Shown here piece after piece: positions 13,833 through 25,000 of a stretch of 64,000 nt of DNA. The notes below the pieces were generated by a model. It saw nothing but the letters and a program-made list of their open reading frames with translations, was not told where the DNA came from and ran no database searches. Source of the DNA: Hydrolagus colliei. Taxonomy: Eukaryota. Where the stretch lies: assembly GCA_035084275.1 (NCBI GenBank), contig CM068755.1, positions 9,920,001 through 9,984,000 on the forward strand. Reading direction: 5' to 3'. How positions within the stretch are numbered: position 1 is the stretch's first letter; each line of letters opens with the position of its first letter. The position numbers and the translations under genes were made by a program.

Positions 13833-14125
13833 GGAGGCCTGTACCTCAGTGGTTAGAGCACTCACCTAATCGAGAGACCTGAGTTCGATTTCCGGCCAGG
13901 CCAGTAAGTTCCCTTACTCCCCATGCCTAATAATCATCCTTCAAGAAAAAAAGAATAATAAATTGGTAATTTCAATCCACGACTGTTTGTGGGTCACTGC
14001 TGTGTGCAATTGGCTGCCGCATTTCACCCACAAATACAGTGATTCACTTTACAGTATATTCTATGAAGTGCTTTGAGATGTCTTGAAGACATGAAAAGCG
14101 CTATATCAAATGCAAGGATTATTAT
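13833..14125 (+). mobile_element. tRNA-derived SINE, full length, nested in an L2 fragment (~13680-14280)
   Basis: A/B boxes, aattggctgccgcatttc core, tail gcgctatatcaaatgcaaggattattatt. Confidence 0.85.
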
Positions 14126-16489
14126 TCTTACTGGCGGTCAAGCTTGAAGCCTATCTGCCCCTATCATTTGGAACTCCATCACACAATCCCTTCGCCTTGT
14201 TCCCTCTCATGTCTTGTTCAACGCATGTCTCAATACCATCCTCTTCAACCACACCTTCAGTGACCCTCTTAACCCTACCCTAGGATTAATATTATTATGA
14301 GCTGCAATGGGTTGGGTGCCTCTCAACCACCACAATATGTATTTATGCAGCTTGTTTCACTACAAGTATTGGGAAACTTGCCAGAGCTTTATAGTGTTGA
14401 GTGAGAGATGTCATTCATCTGAACTAGGTACCATTGTATTGAAATTTTGGTTTTGACCTTGCTTTCAGTCATCTTCCACCTCACTGCCTCCTCGGCTTCC
14501 AACCCCTAGTTAAATTTTTGTATTTGGTAGGGAATAAGTGGTTTAAAAAAATATAGTGGAGTTTATTTTATAAGCACATTATAAAGTATTTGTGTGCTAT
14601 TTAAGATTAATTAATGGCAAGGTTACTGCACTGGGCCATGTAGACCAGAACATTATGGGTGTAAATCCTTGTCAGTACAGTTTGCTGATCTCAATGCGCT
14701 GGTACTTAAAGCCTCTGTATTACAGAGGGACAAAAGGGCAGCCTGTTTTAAGTTTCCAAGCATTACTTGGAAACCCTGCTGGAAGATGTGTATGTGAGGT
14801 TATCGAGCAAGTTCAGGATTGGTCTCAGCTGGGATACGCATTGCAGTCAATAACCTGCCAGCCCTTACTGCTCCCTCTATTTGTAAGTATGGATAATGTG
14901 CCCGACCAGACAAATTGACCATGGAACTCATCCAACAATTGCTTTTGTAAAGGTCACTTTATAACCTTGATACTAATTTCAGCAATATCCATTGAGATTG
15001 GTTAGATTTGAAAAGGCAGGGGGTTTCACCTGGGCCCCTTCAAGTCTGCATGGCTCAGCAACACCCATTACACACCCTAAAAATTGATTAAACTGATCAG
15101 AAGACAATATAAATAGAGAGGGTGTGGTTGAAGATTTTTTGGAATTATGAATTCTTCACATTTATGAAATGTATCATTGACTTGTGCAGTATTATCTCAG
15201 CTGCTGCTGTTTTAATAGCACGTGTTTTCAATATTTGTATGTGTGTGCATCTATATTTACTGAACAGAGGAAATCAAGTAAAAAAAATGCAGATTTAATA
15301 ATAATAATAAATGCAAGTATTATTATAGATTTTATATAAATCTGGTCCAGGTAGAAGTGGTGTATAATCCTCCCCAATCTGATTTAATGTATATCTGAAA
15401 TTTCTACTGTAAGTATGATGTTTTATTTGGAGATTAATACTATTTAAGGAGTGATAGGGCCCAAACTTGCTAATTTTTCAGTCAATTTATTCAGTAGTTT
15501 TCAATTGCAAACCCAATGTCCTTTTTGCAGTTAACATGTTATTAAATAATGACAAATTGAATGAACCGTGTTATAACAATCTTTACATTTGATATAGGGC
15601 ATTTGATAATATCATCGAAATGTCTCAAAGGGCTTCACAGGGATTTACTGAGACTATGTATTTACAGGCAAACATTTTTGAATAATATTCTTGTAAGAAA
15701 GCAGGCAGAATGTTTCTAACTCTTTTAGGATCTTTAAAACTGAAGTGATGTGTGACAGGGATCTACAATTAGAGTATTTCTGAGATTGGATCCTGCTCGT
15801 TTTGGCAACACTCACTGCTTGAAGCATTTGTCTCCTCATTGCAGCTGAAAGGTGGGGCATTTTACTGCAGCAAGAAGCCACATGCCTTTGACTACATGCT
15901 CGTTCATCTGTCAACCCATCCTTTCTCCAATATTTGTGTGCAATTGCACACAAATCTATATTACTGAGTTTGCATCTCATGGAGTATTATAGTGACTTCA
16001 ATGAAGTGAGCCGGTTGTAAGATTTTATTTTCAGTCTGGAAGGTGCAAAGTTACAACCCCAACTTGCATTTATATTGCGCCCTTCACAGGGTAATGTCTC
16101 AAGAGCGTTTATAAATGAAAGGTAAAGATTGGAACAGATTTTTGAAAATGTGTATTAGTTAATTTTAATTAACTAATAATTTAGTTAAATTATGTTTAAT
16201 AGTTATGTGTCAAGTTCATCCACTCTTTGCAATAGACTAAAACAAATAACATTTGTAACTGTAACTAGGATTATGGATGGTTGTATTCTCAGAGAAGCAA
16301 ACACAACAACAACAACAACAACTTGCATCAACACAAAGGCAGAACATGTGTTGTACATCTACTGTGTTGTACATTTGGTCGAATTCCACTTGAAATCTGT
16401 GCTTGCAGAATGTTTTACTACTTTTTAATGGTATGATTTTCAATCTGAAGTTGAGAGAAGTGAGCCGGTTGTAAGATTTTCGTTTCAGT

Positions 16490-16714
16490 CCGCGATTAGT
16501 CATTCATTCTTCCATCACCGCAATGTTAGGGGAATAAATTTAGCCGGGATTGGTTGCTATGCATCACACGGGCTTTTCCAGCAGAGGGGTGGGGAAAGAG
16601 AACTGTTGATGTGGCCACTTTCTGCCGCTGTTTAAAAACCCCACCCTGTAGCTGAAGTGAGTTTTTTTTTCCAGCTGAGTTGGTCTGCACTCAGTAGCTG
16701 AGGACACAGCGAAG
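16490..16714 (+). promoter_or_regulatory. ANXA2: Probable ANXA2 promoter and non-coding exon 1 (donor after 16714)
   Basis: Local CpG enrichment, reverse CCAAT (~16549), GC/GT box GGGGTGGGG (~16586), TATA-like TTTAAAAA (16631-16638), strong donor GAAG|gtaagc. Vertebrate ANXA2 has a non-coding first exon. Confidence 0.6.
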
Positions 16715-18996
16715 GTAAGCGTGGTACTCCAGTTCTGGAGGATATATTTTCTCTCTCGATCCCGATCGGTTACAACTTTTGTGAGATGCATTAACTCGAG
16801 TGGTGCCTTTAACACAAATATTTAAGAGTTCATAAAAAAATGTGCTGCATTATGTTATCATCCATTCTGTGATGATACAATCTGATTTTTAAATGATACA
16901 TCTCAGCTTTCCACACTGAAACCAATCCATGCCTGATTAATGTCTTGCTGTGGATATATTTAACACTAAGCTGGAAGGCTGTTCAGAAGATTGTGAAACC
17001 GTTTCTAAGCAATTGCACACAAATCTACATTACTGAGTTTGCATCTCATGGAGTATTATAGTGACTTCAATGTTTTCCTTCTCTTCCTCCACCCCTCGAC
17101 TCCTTCTCTAGATTATGCCAGAGTTCAGAGAGGACATTGTCTGGCATGGAGACCTTGTGCTTCAGCATATTTCTATTAAAGTGATTGGTTACTGTACAGG
17201 TCAGGGAGGTGGTGGGTGGAGAAGGAGAATTCTTTGAACCATCACAAAAGAAAAGCTGATGTGAATTAGTGCCTGAGGTACAATTATATTTTATGGCTCA
17301 GTATTGTTCTTGCAGCTCATGTGCCTATGTGATGGTCAATGAGACATATTTGTTGTGTACTTTTTTATATGATAACTCGTGTCTCTTGCTTGGGGTTTGA
17401 ATTTAGAATAATGACACAATCCTTGCATGTGATATCCTGCCTTTCACTATAGGAGGGTGTTTCAGTGTCCTCCACAGGATATACTGTTGCATGCAATAAC
17501 TGTGTAATTTGTAGGCATCTTCATCTTGAATCGATTCAAGTAACTGCGGAATCGTTTACCTTTTAAAATCGCCCAACACAAAATCGCTCGTGGAAAAGAC
17601 AGAATACTCTAAAGCAAATTGTGCCTCCAAATTTAAGGATTTAAAAAAAATTCTATGGAACCCAACCCCTCCCACCCCAAATCCTAAAGCACACATCGTC
17701 TTTATGAGTATACTGTATTAAAATAAAATGTAAATTATGCACTAATTCTGTGCATGCAGACTGTACTTTCCTTACAGAATGCCCCATTCGTGTGAAATTC
17801 CTCTACCACAGGAACGTGATGCAGACTTATCTGCAGGTTGACGTTATACTGAGGGCATGCCATATTCTTATTGTATGGATACAAAAAAAGATTAACAATG
17901 CTGATCAGTCTGTGATCATTTTCTGTTAGGACTATTAGGTGAATTTGACTGACTAAGTGCTGCCTTGGTTCGTTCTGAGGCTTGCACCCACAACCAAATT
18001 CCAATGAAGCCCTGTCACAGGGTGTGTTGGCTGAATGTTTAGGTAACGTTTGGTTTTTCCGTAGGGCATGTTTTAACCTGTTACTTCACTTACTCGTATA
18101 TGAGTTTTGGATACAGTATATAGTTTTGCTCACGTATATACAGTCAATTCACTTTACAGTATATTCCGTGAAACCCTTTTAGACGCCTAGAAGACGTGAA
18201 AGGCGCTACATCAAATGCAAGGATTATTGTTTATAGTAGCCCTCCTCAGACAACTGGAATTGTGTGATTAACATATTTTCTTATCAGTAAAATGTCTATT
18301 ACTTGCAAGTTTTATGAGTTTTAAAAGTCACTTCAGTAAAGAAACATGTGAAGTCAATTGATCAGGTCCTGACCTAACTGTGCAGTACCTTGTGACATCC
18401 TCCCAACGTGAAAGGCGTTCTATAAGTGTAATTTTGTTGTTTGTTGTTGTTGTTGTTGTTGTTGATGATGCTTTTTGCAAACTGTGCAACAGGTACAGTG
18501 TTGGTCTTGTGGGTCAAAATACTATTTCAGTGCAGGTTAATTGCAACATGCAACTATTGAACTACACGGATAAGGATTTTGATAGGGAATCTAAATGTGA
18601 TTTTATTTTAGTGTAATGCAGTTTAGGTGTTTCCAATCACTTCCATATTTCCTGTTTTTCTTTTTTTTTAAAAGATGTGATTCATTCTTTCCCTTCAGAA
18701 TCACTTTGGAAAACCTTTCCAATGGGAGGAAGGAAACACTTAATGATGTATGCATGTCTCGGGGGGAATACAGGGGTGTTGGCAGGGGTGGAAGAGGAGG
18801 AGACAGACGGAAAGCTTGTCCAAGAGTGGACGTATGAATGATGTATGGAAGAGCTCAGTCAGTGCAATAAAATTGAAACCCTTTGCTTGTAGCTTTGGCA
18901 GCTGCTCTGTTGCATTGAGTCTGATTGATACCACGTTGCTCACTCTCTTCAGGGGCTAATGTATTTCTTTTTCTCCTCAGCTGCTCTTTAAGCAAA

Positions 18997-19047
18997 ATGG
19001 CAAAAGTGCACGAAGTACTGGCCGAGATCTGTCTGGGTTATGAGGAA
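18997..19047 (+). CDS. ANXA2: ANXA2 first coding exon ([17 protein letters not shown]); exon begins 18981
   Basis: cctcag|CTGCTCTTTAAGCAAAATGG ... GAA|gtaagt; good Kozak context. Confidence 0.9.
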
Positions 19048-22000
19048 GTAAGTATCTCTCTGATTATAGAAGCAAGTAATGGAGACTGAAATGATAAGTC
19101 CCAGAATTCACTTTATTTTCCTTTTAGCAAAGTAGAGTCAGGAATATTATACAGCAAGAAATTTATAGCCCATAATTCACATGGCTGCCTGATGGCCACA
19201 CTCCACGCCCAAGAAACTCATAAATACCAATGACTTCATTTTGTTGGTTTTCTTGACTGATTGATGAGATTTGGTTGTATTTCTCTCCCCTTTATTGTCC
19301 CCACCCCTTCTATTCCTTCCCCACCAAACCAGGAGGCTGACCTTCTGAGTGTTCCCAGCAATTTCTGTTTTTATTTCAGATTTTCAGCATCTGCAGCCAT
19401 TTTACCTTCTGTTAATGATTTGTTTCATTGGAAACATCAAAATGTGTTTTATTTTTGTTTTTAAAAAGTCTATTTGGTAGAAGTTGTGTGACTGATCGGT
19501 TTGCAACATGTGAACTAAATGTTTTTTATTTTACAGACAAATGTGGGAGCCACTGTAAGATCCTACTCAGGCTTTGATGCAGCAAAAGATGCTGATGACT
19601 TGGCTACAGCGATTGACGTCAAAGGTAAGTAAATGGCAAATATTTGCATTTATATAATGCCCTTTGCATAGGGGTAAAGTCTTGGAGTAAATAAGAAGTA
19701 TGGAGTCAGATGTTATGTAAGGGAGAAGAGGGTGGGGAAGGTGACCAGTATGGTGAAGAGGGGTCTTTAGATGGATTTTAAGGAGAGAGCAAGCAGTTAC
19801 TAATTAGAAGAGGGAAGGAGTTAAGAGCTTAGGGTTAGTAGCTGTACCCACCCATCACATCTGAAGTCAGCATTCGTCAGCATGCCTTCCTGAGCAGGTA
19901 AAGGCACACCTCAGAGATTATCTGATAGAAAGGGAACAAGCTTCAATTTTGGTTGAATAGTTAATCTGCCGTATGCAGGTTGTAGGGGGTATTTATCTGA
20001 ACATTAGCTTTTTGAATAACTGCCAAATACTTTGAATGTGCTTTAGATTTGTTTTCCCCTCCCCACCACTAGCTCGGGTGCCCATCCAACAATGCAAAGC
20101 ACTGCATAAATGTAAAGTACTTATGGGAAAATATTCCTTGGGTGTGAAGGTGTGGCAGAGGGCAGTTTCTCATTGTCTCTCCCAGGCCGACATGTTGCTT
20201 CAGCACTGCCTGGTATTAATTCTGAGTCTATGCTGTTCCGCACTTGTTTTTGTAGGTGTTGATGAACTAACCATAATCAACATTTTGACAAAACGGAGCA
20301 ATGAGCAACGACAGGATATTGCCTTTGCTTATGAGAAGAAGACCAAAAAGGTGAGTCCGCCTTCGTGCTTTGGAGTGAGCTGAGAGTGGAGCAGGAATTT
20401 AAGTTTTAGCTGTTTTAAAAGCATAGCATCTGGTCAACAGCCATGAAAGTAGACGCTACATTGGCCATATGGACCCTGTTTTTGATGAAAAACATGGCAC
20501 TGCGTGCAAATTTCATTCCCCCTCATAAACATGGCAGCAAAATGGTACAGCCGCTTTGGTAAACAGAGAAGAGGAATTTGATGTACCGATTAAATGGGGC
20601 TGAATAATCCTTTTCAGGTGAAATTCGTCAGCCCTTGTGGTATTTACACAAGAAAAAGAAACATGCAGCAAATATTAGTTGTGCATTTCAGCTTTACATT
20701 GGCAGGACAAACCTATTTCTAAAATGATTTTTTTTGGTGAGTTTATCTACTTCATAATATTGTAAATTTGGATTTGGTTTTAATTGGTGGCAAATGTCAG
20801 AGGGGAAGGATGAAAACAAACCAGTTTTGCCCGGGCAACTCTCTAGGTAGATCAGAGCATCAAAGATGGGGAGCTACTGCACCTTGCAGCAGCCAATCTC
20901 TTATAACATGTACTCCCTGCTCCAAATCCAGAAGTCAAATTTGATTCACTGTGCTGGGGGTAAAGGATTGATGATGAAACACCTTCTTATTGCAGAAACT
21001 GGCTGAGAAACTAAAATGTGCTCTCAAAGGTGACCTGGCGGATGTTATTTTAGGTCTCATGAAAACTCCAGCCAAGTATGATGAACAAGAATTGTACCAG
21101 GCAATGAAGGTGAGTGTTCTGCATCTCTGGTCCATTCTGCATTTAAGCAGTGTTTTGGCATCTATTGACTTGATCTTATTGAATGGTGGGGCAGGCTCAA
21201 GGGGCCGAATAGCCTAATCCTGCTCCTAATTCTTATGTTCTTAGGACTTCCTCTCTAAGTATGCATTTCCTGTTTTTCGCACCTTCTGGAATGCTGTATT
21301 ACAGCAACAGCCAACCCGCGCGGCACCCCTTCCCCACCATTATAACCCAGAGGTTTACGTCTGTAAATTTAGTCCGATGCTAAAAAAAAAAGTCACGTTA
21401 AAAAATGGGTCTGGTGTGACCATAATCAAAAAAGCATCACTCACAGTCTGGCCACAAACATGAAGAGGAAGCATGGCAAATTAGATGAAGCAATGGCAGA
21501 CACTGATGGGTGGAATTGAAACTGAGATTGAGCCAATGCTATTATTAAGAGAGAATTATAGGGCTTTGTATAGGGCTTTGGTGAGACCGCACCTAGAGTA
21601 TTGTGTGCAGTTTTGTCTCCTTATTTAAAAAAGGACATACTTGCCTTAGAGGGGGTGCAGCGTAGATTCACTAAGTTAGTTCCTGGGATGAGGGGACTGA
21701 CCTATGAGGATAGGTTGAATAAACTAGGGCTGTATTCTCTGGAGTACAGAAGAATTAGGGGGGATCTTATTGAAACATATAAGATTCTTAAATGGCTAGA
21801 TAAAGTAGACACTGAGGGACTGTTTCCCCTGGTAGGAGAATCTGTAACCAGGGATCACAATCTTAAAATTAAGGGTCAGCCTTTTAGAAGAGAGGTGAGG
21901 AAACATTTCTTCACTCAGAGGGTAGTGAATTTATGGAATTCACTACCCCAGAAGGCTGTAGATGCTCAGTCCTTGAACATTTTCAAGGCTGAGACTGATA

Positions 22001-25000
22001 GATTTTTTTTAAAATAGAGGGATTATGGGATATGGGGATAGGGCAGGTAATTAGAGTTAGGTGAGAAGATCAGCCATGATCTTATTGAATGGCGGAGCAG
22101 GCTTGAAGGGCTGAATGGCTTACTCCTGCTCCTAATTCTTATGTTCTTAATTTGGGGGAAAATATTTCTTAACGTTTCAGAAATGAGAGGTGGTAAATTA
22201 TGCAACATACAAAACATCAAGTCATACCTGTCCTGAATAGTTTGCATGCAAACTATTTGCATACACATATAATTTCTAGCACAGATACATTGCTCAAGGA
22301 ATTTATTTTGCCATCTAGTGGCAACTAGTTACAACTGCACTGGACAGTGTTCAGATGAGCAGTGATCTTTAATCTGAGACCACTTGCAATGTCTGCCCTC
22401 ATACTCTGGTGAACATCAGTTAACTCAGCCACAACCAACAAACAAAACTGGGACCTTCCCGGTCCATATAAGATCAGGAATACTCCTGACGGTTCATTGA
22501 ATCAATTACAAGAAAGTGAAACGCTAACACTTTAAAAATTCTGGTTTTCAGATCAGTTGTTATAATGAATAGTGTTTGTTCCATTCAGTGTTAGTTTCAT
22601 TCACTGATAATTGAAAATATCCCATTTTGTTACCTTTAGTGGAGCCTTGGTACAGATACATTGCTTAAGGAATTTATTTTGCCATCTAGTGGCAACTAGT
22701 TACAACTGCACTGGAACAGTATTGTGGATATTCTCACCTAAGTCTCTTCGCATTTGATAAAGGACCCATAAACATGAAACGTCCCAAAGCCCTTCACAGT
22801 TAATTGTTGCCAAGCATAATGACTCTAGTCCTCTAGTACCAGCCCTCATTTGTTGCCATGCAAACTATTGTAGGCAAATAGGGCAGTAAAGTTTTTGCTT
22901 GAGAACGTAATGCCAATAAATAAATGCTTGTGGTTACAGGGGTTGGGAACCAATGAAACAATACTCAGTGAAATACTCTGCTCCAGGACAAATGAGGAAC
23001 TTCATAGCATTGCAAAAGCATACAAAGAAGGTAAGTCACAAGAGAAGAAGGCTGATTTCCAGTATTTTTTAACTCATACTGCTAAATGGTGAGGATATTC
23101 AAAGAAGTGTCATTAATTGCCAGACACTATTTCTCAAGCAGTTTCTGCCTCTGTCACGAATTGCACTTCGGTAACCAGAGGTTTCAGCTATGAAGAGAGG
23201 TTTGAGAAGCAAATACTTTTTTTTTAAGTGTGGAGCTGAGAAAGTTATGGGGTTGCCATGATCTTGGGCTTTAAGATTATGAAGGACTCCGATTACTTAA
23301 GTAATAATATGGTATTTCCACCAGTCGTTGAGTCAGTAATGAGAAGACACAATTTTGAGAAAATCACAAAAGGTGGTGGTGGGGGGATTAGAAAATATCT
23401 TTGCACAGAGTTTGGATAGAATGTGCAGTCAACTGCAGGTGCTATGCTAAACTTTAGGTAGACCATTCAAGCAGTTGGCTATAGGTTGAAAGAATTTTAT
23501 TTTTACTTTGTGTAGAATACCACTGATACCGCATTTTGGGCTACTATGGTTTGTTGTCTTCACTTTAAACGCTCTGCAATTTTTTCTGTAACCCATTATC
23601 TGTGCAGCTCACAAGAATGATCTGGAGAGCGCCATTAAGAACGATAATTCTGGTCTTTTCCGCGATCTTTTGCTTGCTGCAGCAAAGGTACTGTTTCTAA
23701 CAAATTCTCGAACTTTTCAGCGATTTTGTGAATTCACGTGTGTGTCTTTGTCTTTTAATGAATACGGTGCAGAGTTCCCTCTTAGAGTGATGCATTTCAC
23801 CCCTAATACTTTCATGCATTTAACATTTGTTAAAAGCTACTATTAATCAATGCTGGGAAACAACAGGAGAATGGGATGGGAGTGCTTATCTTATTGGAGG
23901 AGCTAGTACCAGCATAGAGATACATACAATGGGCCAAATGGCCTCTGTCTATGTGGTAAATGTTCTATGAAACTGTGCTCATTACCTGTCATCCCAATGC
24001 CTTGTAGTGCGTGAAAAATTGTCACCCATTGGACTGGTTTGCTGGAACCTACCTAAATCCTGAAACAAGCTTAGGGGAAGTAGTGCACACACTGTCTCAT
24101 TCATTCATAACCTCATTGAAATTAAATGACATTGAATGGCAGCCAACAGCCAATTCCAGTCCTCCTTTAGAGAGGCTTACAATTCATTACAGATTTTTTT
24201 CTAAACCCTAGAAGAGGGATGGATAAGAACAACTGAAATATTGCCATTCTTTATGTTTATAGAGATTACAGATTGTCGAGGCGAATTATAATAATAAATA
24301 ATGGTGATAATAATCCTCTCATTTGATCTAGCGCCTTGTCACGTCCTCGAGAGCCTCAAGTACTTCACAGAGTATACTGTAACGTGTTAATAGACTGTAC
24401 TAAGGTGTTTGGTCAGTAGCTAAGTCATGTGGAAATGGAATCAATAATCTTCTGAGTGATGGTTTGAGTGGTTCCAGACATGCCCAACATTCAGGCAGCA
24501 GCATGCTACACTGGAGCTGAATGGTATTCATGAGGTGAAACTAAACTGTTCAGGGGGAATATTTAGTTGGACCGGACCCAAAGAAGTGCATATTTCCCAG
24601 TAAAACAATGCTGTTTGCATTTTGATTCTAAGATAGCTTTAACAAAGACACCAAATTAAGGTTTGGTATAGTTATAAAATCTGTAGAAATGAAGTCCTGT
24701 AGCTCAGTGGTTAGAGCACTCACCTCGCAAGGGACCGACCTGGGTTCAATTGCTGACAGGGCGAAATGTTGGACAAGTTTCCTTACTCCACATGCCTCTG
24801 GTTACCTAGCAGTAAGTAGGAACCCGTTGATTGGTGGATTGATTTTCATGGATTAGGGGCAATAATTCCTTCAAAAAAATTATAATAATCCTTGCCTTTA
24901 ATATAGTGCATTACAAGTCTTCCAGACGTCTCAAAGCGCCTCACACAAAATACTACAAACTGAACCGATTGTATATTTTATGGGCAAAACAAATTAGATC

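Noticed and set aside
21601-22017. 138-aa ORF inside an ANXA2 intron
   Set aside because: C-terminal fragment of CR1 ORF2, not a host gene.
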